Shown here: piece by piece, positions 1-11,478 of the stretch | Position numbering within the stretch: position 1 is the first letter of the stretch | Layout of the letters: each line of letters starts with the position of its first letter | NCBI GenBank assembly: GCA_001687465.1 | Contig: LVLI01000218.1 | Coordinates: 62,001 to 95,557 of the forward strand | Direction: 5' to 3' | DNA: 33,557 nt | Source: Halocafeteria seosinensis | Lineage: Eukaryota | Made by a program: the position numbers and the translations under genes | Notes under the pieces: model-generated | Database searches by the model: none | What the model was told of the DNA's origin: nothing | What the model saw: only the letters and a program-made list of their open reading frames with translations

Positions 1-1282
1 TAGATATCATCTGCGTGATAATATGCCACTAAACTTCTCCCATCTGGACTAAAGTCAACGCATGTGCAATGCTCAAGGCCTAGATGGCTGGAATAACTCT
101 TCAGTTCCCCGTCCTCTGCAACCAACTCCGGAGTAAGATGCAGCGGGGCAAATCGTAGACAGTAACGCTCCCTATCAGAAGCGGAATAGTATGCCAATCT
201 ATCTTCATCAAACGTATCTGAGTTAGAAAGAGACGTCGGAGGAAGCATTCTCCGGTCGTACACTCTGGCGTATGGATCTCCGCAAGCTACGGCAATGTAG
301 TTAGGATCTGCCTGGTTGATTCGAACATACTTCGCATCAATCGCAGAGACCTCGCGCTGGCGATCCCTTCCTTGTTGGTCTTCTCTTATTTCACTACTCT
401 CCTCGCCATTCTGATTATTTTCGATTTCACTCCTGTTTCTACGAGGACGAATACTCCTCAGGCTAATAAGCGGTTTCGCTTTGTTGTTAGACCAGTCCCT
501 GATATCATACTGCTTAATAAGACCATCTTCACCACTAGAGAATATGAGATCAGGCTCCAGTGGTGACGTCTCCACGTTTTTCACTCTTCCCCCGTGTGAA
601 TAAAGCAACTGGGAATCAAACTGAGAAGATTTTACTCCTCGAAACGTTTTCCTCCGCGGCCCATGGCAATCATCTAGGTGGGTTTTCTCCACACAGTGCA
701 ATCTCACTTCCCCATCCATTGCTCCCGTTGCTATTTGACAATCATTCGTTAAGGGCATTGGCTTTACTCCAAATATATTTGCGGAATGTCCAGTTTCGAT
801 TGTTGCTACTGGCTCCATAAAAAACATTCCTCCGTCCTCGTCAATATCTTCATCGGTGTTGGCTGGGAATTCCCAGATAATAACCCGGCAATCATCACTG
901 CAGAGCAAACCATAATAATTATGAAAGCTGTATTCCTTTTGCTGCCTCGGTGCAGTCGACTCACCTGCCGGAAAATAGCCTGGTTCCGTCTCTATTCCAA
1001 GCAATTCGATTCACACAGCCCTGTATGCCCAACACAAATCTTCTCTTGACCGTGACAGCACTGAATAGGCTCACATTACGTTTTCCTCTTACATCATGTC
1101 CACTCAATGACGCCCGGTAGCCAAAACCATATAAAGTCGAATAATGGGGCTGGGAGTAATACTTCCTGACTACCTGCGTTCAGTCCGATCAAAGTTCTCG
1201 ATTCCTCGAGCTTTTATAGTAAACAAAATCAACGTACCTCAGGTTTAAGAGTTCCCAGTTCCCGGGCAAGCAATACATTCAT
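1..1282 (-). CDS. WD40-repeat DCAF-family protein (WDTC1/DCAF6/DCAF8-like), runs off the window at its 3' end; exons 1282-1238, 1173-1093, 1020-965, 897-<1
   Basis: Manual minus-strand translation (absent from the ORF track): MNVLLARELG...LSGHD|GCVNRIAWNRDGTRLFSGS|DDCRVIIW...TGHSANIFGVK...TGAMDGEVRLH...HGGRVKNVETSPLEPDLIFSSGEDGLIKQYDIR...YIAVACGDPYARVYDRRML...FAPLHL...VDFSPDGRSLVAYYHADDIY. Three GT-AG introns (64, 72, 67 nt) keep the frame. Confidence 0.9.
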
Positions 1283-2322
1283 TTTTCTTTGTGGCGACGG
1301 CCCCAATCGACACCAGAAAAGAAGGATGATGTCGGTACAATCGCGTCGGTGTGTTCCACAGTCGCCCTTCTTCGTCCTTCGAACACGACTCCGCGTATAT
1401 TTTCAATAACAGAAGTGTTTTGGCAATAGCTACAAGGGTAGAAAAATGCAGACTATCCACAATGGTAGGCCTACAAATCCTCACTCCCAGCGTAGAAATG
1501 TTCATTAGATACCCTTTGAACGTGAAGTTGAAGTCTTGAAGCAAGTTGAAGGCAAATTGACAAGGCTTAGTTAGGCAATAGAAACCTGAGGACATAATGA
1601 TAATGTTCCCTGGTTTCGCCTGTATTTCCCCTCTTACGTTTTGTACGTCGCGCATTAATTGAATCATGTCTGTGGCGTTCGGATAAAGGCCCTTGACAAG
1701 GAGTGGGTCACGAGTGGTCCACAGACAAGAGGGATGATGAGCATGGATACCTCTGAAAAAGAAATGACGTAGACAGCTTGGTTACTGAGACGCACTATCG
1801 TCAATATAACACAACAGGAAATGGTGGTTAAATGATGGTTTAAAGAATGAGGATTCTAGTTGAGCATCTTGTGCCTCCCCCCAGTGTCCAGTGCCCAAAG
1901 TGCAGAGCCTCCCTGATAAAATATCGAACAGATTTCTGCAACTTACACTTGTTGGAAACGCTGGCTAATCTTCAGACGGGTGCTTCCCCGCTAGTTTTGA
2001 CATAAGTAAGAGGACTGAGCATTCCCAATGGAATTCTTCATCATTCTAACAGAATGAGAATCGACATCTACGCATACACAAACTAGAATTGGGAACCGGT
2101 TTTGTGGCTTCAGAAGGACCTGGGTAGCCGCACCTTCTTTGACCTCGAGCAGGAGAAGTACTACAATCTGGGCTATGTTGACGAAACTGAGGTGGACGGA
2201 ACTCCTGAGGCGCCACCTCCCACGTCAGGTGGTGGCCACAACTGTTGCTTAACACGGGCGCATACCACTCCTCGTTAAGAGGATGCGGTCAACTTCCCGG
2301 CCGGTGGGCTATCTGTCACATA

Positions 2323-2346
2323 TGTGTGTGTGTGTGTGTGTGTGTG
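2323..2346. repeat. (TG)12 microsatellite
   Basis: Perfect TG run read directly; TGTCACA occurs at 2314-2320 and at 2345-2351 (overlapping the end of the run). Confidence 0.95.
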
Positions 2347-3200
2347 TCACACTGAGTACTCCTTCGATAGCCGCCGAGTACAGTCTACTCAATGTCCGTA
2401 TGCACGTGTTCACGTGAACGCAATAGTTCATTAGTTTTGTGCATGCTTATAGAAGGATTCTCGATCTCTGCATTATTCCACGTCCCCTACACGTGCCACG
2501 TATACAATTCCCACTTTGCAGGAGTCACGTAGTTCTGTTGGTCCAGTAAATCTCCGCATAGGATATGCACATGCATCAGTAAAGTTTGTCACACAGGAAT
2601 ACTTCGCTTTGCCGGAAACGCCATCGCCGGATTGGATGGCGGTATTGCACATCATTGCGAACGACCAATATGCTCAGTGCACACGTCAATTGGAGGTTGA
2701 TCTTCGTCTGGGTTCCAAAGAACAGAAACGAATTGTTCTTCAATGACTCCCCTAGGACTTCAACCCTTTCATTCCTGGTGTGTGCTCCGGAACAAGTGGA
2801 GTTATTTTATCCCATAGTCGCGGAGATGACCACTTGTCTTCGTATACCCAACGTGTACAATCACATGCTATATCTCTTTCTAGTGTATTCTACTCTACAA
2901 AGTGCAGTGCAAACCGTCAAAGATTCGAGCGGCCTGATTTGCCATCGTGACTCACCAACTGGTCTCACAATCGGGATCGGACTTTTGAGCAACCAGCTCA
3001 CACTCCGTTTTCTACATATTATGTATCTTGTTCATAAATAAAAAGCAATGGTTTGATTCTGTATGGTGCAAAATGTTGTCTATGCTAGGCTTAAGTACGC
3101 TCTGAGACTCTGTATCGTGCATGTGTCTCCTTTTTTTTGAGCAACGGTACACGAAACGCATATGTTCTCACCTCTTTTCTGACGTTGAAGCTAGACAAGC

Positions 3201-4798
3201 ATGAGTAACAGCATACGATCTTCCTTTTTGCAAACGCGAAAAAAGCCAAAGAAGAAATGGTCTAAAGAGGTAAGAGCAAACAGCCTGCGTATAGCGGCTT
3301 AACATTGAGTTTAATATAACGTGTTTGTGGTGTGATTGAACTCCGTGTTCCTCAGGAGGATGCTGCACTTTCATCGTGCGTGCTAAAAGAGTATGGGGAA
3401 CACCCTGATCCTGAGTCAATAGACTGGCAGCACGTTGCGAAAGTCATCGACATCGGACGAAATACAAAACAAGTTAGAGAGGTAAGGACTGGCTGCCTAA
3501 ATCTCGAAAGTTCTCCCACCTCTGATCCTTCTGCAGAGATGGGTGAACGAACTGGATCCCGATTTGAGACACGACGATTTTACTCCTGAGGAAGAAGCCA
3601 AGATAGAAAAATATCAAGGACTATATGGGAACAAGTGGACACAAATAGCTAAACATCTCCCGGGTAGATCAGAGGGAGGCGTCAAAAACCAATGGTAAGT
3701 ACTTACCAACTTCGTTTCCAAATTCGACAACGTGCTACCAAACCACACTTGGATACAGGCATAACTACATTCTTCCACGACGGAAGGAAAATATTACAGT
3801 TTGTAACAGTGGCACCGGCAATGGCGGGGTTACATTTCGGCATCAAGTAAGTGAAATAACAGCGGAGTTCCGTTTCGAGAAAACTGTATCATTGTTTTCT
3901 TCCCGCATCGGTTGCTCAGAAGCAAAGGAGAGCCTCGAGTCAAAGCGGGGAACCGTATGTTGCACTCCCTGTGCCTATGGGAATTTTGGGCGAAATGAAG
4001 CAAGTAGCACGGCGGCTCGGACACGAAAGAGCTTCTAAGGAGCTGCTTGGGAGTCCCAGTACTCTCTCAGATACCCCTCACGGGACTGCAACACTGGCAA
4101 CACCTGAGCAGTTTGGCGATACCACCCAAGAGCTAGGTAGAAGTCAGGATATTGCGTTACCTGACCTCTGTATGGAGGACGTCGAAAAAGAAGAGATAGC
4201 TCCAGACGGGACTAAAGATGCAGCGGCAACCAGTAGCAACATGGGATGTGTCCACGCGCTCACGATAGAAAATCCCGAACGTTCGGATATTCCCAAACGG
4301 AATATGGAAACACCGCGCTTAGTCAAGACGTCGATACACTTGTGTCATATCCCCCCTGCAAGGGATCGAGCAGATAAAGCTGAAACCGCCAGATTATCGT
4401 GTGAGGCTAGAGAAAGTGCATTGCGATGGAACGAACTTCCTGGGGAGCAAATGCGTCGTTCCTCATGTCACCAAGTTGATGGAGGGGATACACCGGAGTG
4501 GATTCTCCCGGAGCTGCCGATACCAGGCTCCGCATGTGTGGCTAGTGCGGCAATGGGTTTTAGCTCAGTCCCTGAGGGGGCACTTGAACGAAGTTTCTCC
4601 AGCTATCATGCGCGTGAGAGAGAACAGATTCAGAGGGGGGAGTCGGACATATTTTCTGCAGCGTCAGATTCTGAGAGAGAGCTGTCTTTTAGCGGTCTTC
4701 GGCCCTTCTCTCCACCAACTCCCTCCGAATGGAAACACTCGCAAATAAGTGAATCCGATTCTGATCTACTATTCGAAGATTCAAAAGCTAGGAGTTGA
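3201..4798 (+). CDS. R2R3-type Myb transcription factor; exons 3201-3269, 3356-3481, 3537-3694, 3759-3846, 3920-4798
   Basis: Spliced translation gives KKKWSKE|EDAAL...IDWQHVAKVIDIGRNTKQVRE|RWVNELDPDLRHDDFTPEEEAKIEKYQGLYGNKWTQIAKHLPGRSEGGVKNQW|HNY, i.e. two Myb repeats. It joins the 3971-4798 ORF (low-complexity tail) in frame via four GT-AG introns. Confidence 0.92.
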
Positions 4799-5037
4799 AT
4801 GTCTATTTTTTATTGGGGGCATTAGCTTAAATGACATTATTTGGATGTATCTTGTCCCCTGGTGTTACACGTCGGTCCGTGAGGACCGGTAATGCAGCTT
4901 GAAGCACATAGGGGGACTTATGCTTTGCTTACGATGAGGCAACGCAAGGACGGGGAGTGCATCAGGCGACAGGCTCAGCAACAACAGCAAAAATAGACAT
5001 GACGTATCTGTATCTGTGGAACCAAGCGATTGAGCAT

Positions 5038-5766
5038 TCAACCAAAAGCAATAGCCGCCATGGAGCGGCCAGAGGATTTTGACTCATTAGTAGAGAGAGC
5101 CCTCTTGAGTGCTTTCTTCGGGTTACTTCGTGGTTCCCTAGTACTATCTTCTTCAGCTCTCTCCCTCTTCTTGCTTACACTGTTGGAAGCACTCTCTTTC
5201 GTCCCAGTGTCTGTAAGATCGTTCTCTCCACTCAGTCTAATTTTGAGCCACGGATTATCATCGTCATCATCATCATTGGATACTGTATTCCCTTTCTTCT
5301 TCTTTACGCTCCTTTTACTCCCAGAGTTCAAACCCTTGGTTGAGTCGCTTACAAGTTTTCTCTGCTCATCCGCGATCTGGCGGACGACGTTGGTCGCGAA
5401 CCTATCGCCACTCTGTTCTAATTTTCCCGCTGAGATCATTTCAGCATTCTTGGTCATGCGTGCTTGGGCTTTCTGCGTAGAAATATATAACTCTCCAGGG
5501 ACATGGGCTGTCACTGTCCCACGGGGTGGTACGTACCATAACATAGTCGTCTACCCTTTGCGCCGCCATCCTGCTCTTGGGATTCTTGAAAGAAGCTGCA
5601 ATTTCAGATTCAATTATGTAACCCATCTCCGTATTGTTTCTTCCGTTGCTCAGCGCTTACCTCCTTTCTTTGTTTGACCCGCTCGTTTCTTCCTAATACT
5701 GTTAGACTTCGAGTTACCTCCTTGAGCTTTCCTCCCTTTTCCGAGCTTCTTCTGTCCCTGCGGCAT
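5038..5766 (-). CDS. UPF0390/DUF2462 (C19orf53/Leydig cell tumor 10 kDa-like) basic protein with charged C-terminal extension; exons 5766-5661, 5595-5537, 5472-5038
   Basis: MPQGQKKLGKG...GQTKKG|ASFKNPK...|KAQARMTKNAEMISAGKLEQSG resembles the MxQGxxK...KKG family pattern. Two GT-AG introns (65, 64 nt) join three ORF pieces in frame. Confidence 0.65.
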
Positions 5767-6106
5767 TTTGGTCAAGATGAGTGGCTGGAGCACATGTGCA
5801 TCTACAACAAGATCTCCAGAGTTTGAACCATGTCTTGACAGATCAAACGTAGCAATAGAAGTGGTCCACTCAGACGACTCCACTGGTGCTGCAGTCTGGT
5901 GGTAGTGAAGTGTCCCTTCAACTAATTTCGTCAACTTCAACCACGACTAAGAAGGACAGGGACTGAAGGAGCAAATGCATGATGTAGTGCAGAAGGTCTA
6001 CCAGTGTTGAATCGATGCAGCGTGGAGTGCTATGCTGTCCCGCTGCTTCGGTTAGTGTGGGCTCTTTGGGGGTGGCATGGTTTATCTCCTCAGTTGAAAG
6101 TACGGG

Positions 6107-6943
6107 ATGCCGAGGGCCGATATGAAAGCAGTGCATTATGCTTCAAGGGAAGTGGCTCGGACAAGCCTGGACAGAGCGAAACGTACAGTTAGTCAATTAA
6201 AAGCTCAGGAACGACATCCGCTCAAACACCACGGATTCATCGATGGCGGTAGTACTGGTACAACAACGTCCGCTGGCGAGCAAAGCCATGGTGCCGAAAC
6301 ATTGCAATCCAAGAAGGCATTGGGACCCTACAGTAGAATGCTGATCGCCCATGCTGATCTATATGCGAAGCCTTCGGGCAATACCCTGCACAGACCTGAA
6401 GATGCGGTGCCACGATACCCTTACACGGACAATTTGTTAAATGCGGTTATCTATGCTATGGCTGACGACCCAGAGCAGTTATGCTACGAGCTAGTAGCAG
6501 TGGCAGAAGAATGCCGGCGAGTATCTTCCGAAAATGAAAAGTTGAGACACCAAGTAGATGAAATTGCTCGTTACAGGAGTACGTCCATGGACCCAGGTTG
6601 GCTAAGTCCCAGGATGACTGCTGCTGAGACCGATATGTACTTCAATCGACCAAACTCTTCGCCGACACGGAAGAAGGATGCTAAGAGGAGTACCAGCGGC
6701 AAAAGGGATAAAAGAAGTAGACAGTCATCCACTGTGCACGGTGGAAGGAAGGAAGCGCCGAACCAACTCTCTCACAGAAATGCCGCTGCTCTTGAGGCGT
6801 ACTCCAAAGCTGGTATGGAGAAGAAACGAAACATTGATAAAAAGATTGCCGAGAAAAAAGAGTGGAATGACTACAATAGACTCGGTAGAAAACCTTCATC
6901 CAGTGCGTTGGAGCATTTCGGGCAAAACTCGTCTTTTGACTGA
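6107..6943 (+). CDS. Hypothetical protein (short coiled coil, basic low-complexity C-terminus); 5' end uncertain
   Basis: 278-aa uninterrupted ORF with protein-like composition (ECRRVSSENEKLRHQVDEI coiled coil). No family recognised; an upstream exon near 6015-6050 is possible. Confidence 0.6.
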   Translation: MPRADMKAVHYASREVARTSLDRAKRTVSQLKAQERHPLKHHGFIDGGSTGTTTSAGEQSHGAETLQSKKALGPYSRMLIAHADLYAKPSGNTLHRPEDAVPRYPYTDNLLNAVIYAMADDPEQLCYELVAVAEECRRVSSENEKLRHQVDEIARYRSTSMDPGWLSPRMTAAETDMYFNRPNSSPTRKKDAKRSTSGKRDKRSRQSSTVHGGRKEAPNQLSHRNAAALEAYSKAGMEKKRNIDKKIAEKKEWNDYNRLGRKPSSSALEHFGQNSSFD

Positions 6944-7852
6944 CGTGCTTAGGAGTCACAGATCATGTTAAGTTGGATAGTTCTTGTGGATCCACGCGCA
7001 TCAAGGACTCTGATTGAGCACTGCCCGAGCACTTGGATCCTGGACCATGTGTTATGCTAGCCCATCCGATCAAGCCCTGGTCCATTGTCCTACGAAGACG
7101 ATGAGGTTGCGATGGATTCCTGAAGTCGACTGATCATGTGTGGACGCCGATGACATGGTCGCTCATTCACAGAGGCGTTACGGACTGTCTATCAGGTGCA
7201 CAATACCGAAAGTTGTGGCGGCATGGTTCGGCGACGGAACATGAAGGTGCTATTGTATGAGTGCCGTGAGCTTGCTGCTACAATATACACTAATGGTCGT
7301 AGGGCGAGGAGTGTTATTTTTGAACTACCAGTAGATCATAGCCTGCCGCAGGCTGCCGGCTACTTTAGAAGAACACTTTGATAGTGTTGATACCATCAAA
7401 CAGCAGGCCTACGATATCCGTGCATGTCCCGTGGTATCTGCAACGAGGACAGTCAAGAGTATCTGTGGAATGGATACGGTAACGAGACTTCTCAAAGCTG
7501 CATCCAGCTCGCCAAAACGGTTTTGGCAAAAGCGCAGGAATGCGGCAGCCTGCAGGATGCCGCATGCGTCTCCTATACTGCTGACGTAACCGTGATTCAG
7601 CCTGTGAACTTGCAAGTTTCAACTTGCAAGCTACTTCAACCCAGACTGCAGCTGCTGGCAGCCTGCTGCTTGGCTTTGTTAGCGTTCTCTAAGATTTGTT
7701 ACGGTCATTTGTGTAATTGCGTAGATTGCCGCTGTATATGAATGAAGGTCACGCACACTTTGCGTTCTTGCTCTCGTAATTTCGTATTGCGTGGACCAGC
7801 TCAGGTCGCATCATCTGTAAAGAAGTGTTAACATATCTACCAGACCTCTACC

Positions 7853-9095
7853 ATGTCAACTCCTCAGGCAGAGACGAAAGACAGAGACTATAAGAGTCAG
7901 GTGCTACATACTCGCATCACTTCCTCTGCTAATAGCGCTAAACATCTCTTGCATCTACTTCGCGGCCATGTCGACATGGAGCGGCGTACGGCCGTTAAAC
8001 GGGATAAGTTCGCCCATGAACTTCGTCAAGCTGCACAAGAGGAGGGCTTCGAAAAATTGCAGATAACGCTTAATACATTGGCCAACTCGATTGAAAATGA
8101 GCAAAGTATTCGCCGACAGATAATGGTAAGTGCCCTCTTGCAAGGGTTGCTACAACGCATTTCGAGCTTGCATTCCTGGTTTGCAGTGTCAACGTTATGA
8201 AGAAAACCTTTTAGCTAAGCTAAAGCATTATAACGAAATATGTTTCGAACCTGCGAACGTAAGATGGAAGATGGCGTGTGGTGCTCGGCTACTTTTGGGC
8301 TTCTTTATCTGATCTTCTTGGGGAACCATGCAGAAAATGCTGAAGGACCGAGACGAGACGCAGCACAAGTACAACAAGGCTGGTGCTCAGGTAACAAAGT
8401 TACACTCCAAGAACGAAATTCACAGTAAGAAGTATACGAAAGCTCTGGAGGAACAGCGGATACAAGAGCAAAGGCACAAGAATGTAGACTTTATGGTACG
8501 TCGCTGCAGTGTGTGGACGCCAAGTGTGATAATCCCCATGTCTCTGCGTGCAACGCAGCTCACTGAAAACGCACAATTATATGAATATCAAAGATTGAAA
8601 GATATGAAGCAAATGATAACAGAATTTGTTCATGGGTACATGGCCTTCCATTGCCGCGCACTTGAAAACTTGTCACGGGTGGCTGAAGTCCTCAACGAAG
8701 TGGACCCCCAAGAAGGAATGGACGTAAGGCTTTATTGTGGAGGTGGTGATACTCATTACTTTTTTTCTTATATTGGCGATTTCCCCCCGCAGGATATGCG
8801 CGACGTACTTGAAGGCGTCAAGCATGCATATACCGCCACTGAGATGGCAACAAAGTCCCAAAAAGAAGCTGATCGACTAACATCAGATCTTCCATCCAAC
8901 ATTTACAGTAGCGGAGGACCAGCCTCGTCCGTACCGAAACCCAGAACTCCACGCGCAAACTCGTCGAGGAGAACGGGCGTTGAATTTGCTGCTGAGGGTG
9001 AACAATCCCGGCGAAACAATCGTGAAGAGGGGGGCAGGGATAACGAGTCGGCTGAGTCTGAGCTTGGTTCCGAGTCTGATGCGGAAAATGAATAA
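7853..9095 (+). CDS. FAM92/CIBAR-like BAR-domain protein; exons 7853-8125, 8187-8258, 8334-8495, 8559-8723, 8793-9095
   Basis: All-helical spliced product with FAM92-like segments RDYKSQ, KRDKFAHEL and YEYQRLKDMKQMITEFVHGYMAFHCRALE...LNEVD; four phase-0 GT-AG introns. Confidence 0.75.
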
Positions 9096-9097
9096 AT

Positions 9098-10135
9098 CTA
9101 GAGCCGAGCAGATATATGTGATGGAATTTCAATTTTTCCTTTGCCTTTAACAGTGATCTCTTGCGGTTTAACGGCCATAACGTCCCCAGCATATTCTTGG
9201 TTTTGCACCAATTCCAAGAAAGCAGTTGCGACGTATTTGGGTGTCATTAATGTTCCTTGAACAACCTCATCGAGGTGCCCTCCCAACGAGTTTTTCACAA
9301 GAGGTGTATCAGCAAAAGACGGGCATAATACATTAACACGGATGTCGTCATCTTTCATATATACGCAGCTGCGGGAGAAGTGAATCACTGTAGAGGGGAT
9401 CCCACGTTGACACCCGTGAATTTACAGTAAGAAATATAAAATAACCCTGAGAGTCGTACCTCCAGCTTTTGCTGCAGCATATACAGGATCTATTGGCATT
9501 GCTACTAGTCCACCGTAACTAGCAATATTGACTATCGTTCCGGCAACAGAGTTCCTTTGCATGTATTCGTAAGCAAGTTTTGTACCTGTAATTACCCCTA
9601 CAAGGTCTATAGTGATCACTTTTTGATACTCGTTAAATCCGCCCTTCGCTATACCCTGTACAATAAGAAAACCGAGAGTCATAAGGCGGACTTGAGCAGT
9701 TTGATCTCTGGCGGCCACTGACAGCGTTGTTCACCATGATCGTCATTTTCCCTAAACTTGCGTCCGTCTCATTGATCACGTCTGCAAGCAATCAACCCGT
9801 ACGCTTATGGCTTGTTGCATACAGCAGCTTCAATGGATGCACCCTACCTTCAATGTCTTGCTCATTGGCCACATCGCATCGACTCGAGAGGATTCGCCTG
9901 TCCGGGAATCTCTGTTGCAGTTCTCTCGCAGCCGTGCGTCCTAGCGTTTCGTTCACTTCTGCTAGCATGATTCCTGAGCATACGTCTGCTTCGAGCAGAG
10001 CGGATGCGAACGCCTTTCCAAGTCCTCCACCTCCTGTATCACTCCGAATCGTCACACGTTAGCTTCCGCTTTGCATGCATATCAACTCTTGAACGTACCT
10101 CCCGTGATCAAAGCAACATTACCATGGCGCTTCAT
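9098..10135 (-). CDS. Classical short-chain dehydrogenase/reductase (15-hydroxyprostaglandin dehydrogenase-like) with C-terminal PTS1; exons 10135-10099, 10033-9848, 9781-9723, 9655-9460, 9387-9098
   Basis: VALITGGGGGLG (TGxxxGxG), CDV, MVNNA|G, IVNIAS, YAAAK (YxxxK) and IRVNVLCPSFADT; ends SARL*. Four GT-AG introns. Confidence 0.92.
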
Positions 10136-10404
10136 TCTGAAGATAAACCAATCAATTCTAGGGGAAAACAAGGAGTCAAAAATGTGCTCGTGATCAACAT
10201 ATCACTCTTATTCAACAATCCTTGAACGTGGTGAATGGATGAGGTTCACAGCATGACAGTATCCTGCTACCTCCGCATTCACCACTGAATTTCACCAGAA
10301 TCCAAGAGGCTTGTCGAGAACGTTGGAGAAGGGGAGAGACAAGTATATTCACCTAGCAAGAGGAATATTCGTTGTTGCTTGATTTTGTTGAATAATTGAC
10401 AACA

Positions 10405-11284
10405 ATGTCGTCCTCAATCACACCAGATAACACGCTTCTGATTGTATGCGATGTACAAGAGAAGTAAGCTCCTCCTATCTATACGCTACAGTGGGGTAGG
10501 TTCACGCCATGTTTTACCGCGATTGACAGGTTTGAGAAAGCCATTCATGGCTTTGGAGGTCTCGTAGACTCGGCGAGCTTCTTGATCCGAGCAGCTCACT
10601 TGCTTGGTATGCACATCTGCGCAACAGGTTCGTCAGATGATGTTACCTCACTTATACTGTTGGATAGTTCACTGGAGTTTCCGGGTTTCGGTATACAGAG
10701 CAAGTACCGGACAAGTTGGGCAATACAGTATCTCAACTGAAAGAGGCATGGAGCGCATCAGAGTTGGCGTCCCGAGTTCACGTTGTGAGCAAGACCCGCT
10801 TTGCTGTACCGTACTCTGTTGTCTCAGAAGTCCCGAAACATATTCGCAATGTTATCTTGGTAGGGTTGGAGGTAAGGAAGGCCCCTACAGAGTGGTGTTT
10901 TCGGTGTGGTTTGCTTTGTAGCTGTTGACAATTTTGTGGCCCTATGCAGACTCACGTGTGTATACTTCAAACAGCTCTACAGTTCACCGCCAATGAAGTC
11001 AATGTGTACATTCCCGTGGACGGTGTTAGTAGCATCCGGAAATTTGACCGGAACATCGCTCTTAAGGTACGTTTCTAAACAAGTGTCCAAGAGTCAGCTA
11101 GGTGTTTTATCACCTTCTACCAACACAGAGACTAGAAAATACCGCAGGGGTTCGGCTGACAACAATTGAATCCGTTGTCTTCGAACTCGTCGAGGATTCG
11201 CAGCACGAATGCTTCAGGGACATTAGTAAGCTTGTAAAGGAGCAGGCGGCTAAAACAATGGAAAATCCTCTAGCAGACGCTTGA
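10405..11284 (+). CDS. Isochorismatase domain-containing protein (ISOC1/ISOC2-like); exons 10405-10463, 10530-10627, 10699-10871, 10950-11066, 11129-11284
   Basis: LLIVCDVQEK|F, ATEQVPDKLGNTV, SKTRF, VILVGLE|THVCILQTAL, VDGVSS and ESVVFELVEDSQHECFRDISKLVK; the D-K-C catalytic residues are present. Confidence 0.92.
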
Positions 11285-11478
11285 TTGAACTGAAATTCAA
11301 TCTACAATATACTGGTATCTATTACATTACACTCAAACTCCCACAGTATGGCGACACTACCATGCATCCTACCATATTATAAGTGCTAAAAATGCTACAA
11401 TCCGGTAGAGGAGGAGTGACTGCAAAGCGCAATACCATAGCATTCCACGGAATGTATAAGGACACTGTCAGCGGTAAC

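Noticed and set aside
372..1049. Three + strand ORFs (372-566, 560-820, 786-1049)
   Set aside because: They are antisense shadows of the minus-strand WD40 gene.
1245..1667. 140-aa minus-strand ORF
   Set aside because: It overlaps the first WD40 exon in a different frame, has no recognisable motifs, and the WD40 frame has an upstream stop.
5030..5677. 215-aa hydrophobic + strand ORF resembling a membrane protein
   Set aside because: It is the antisense of a Lys/Glu/Asp-rich gene, which produces Leu/Phe/Ser-rich shadow frames.
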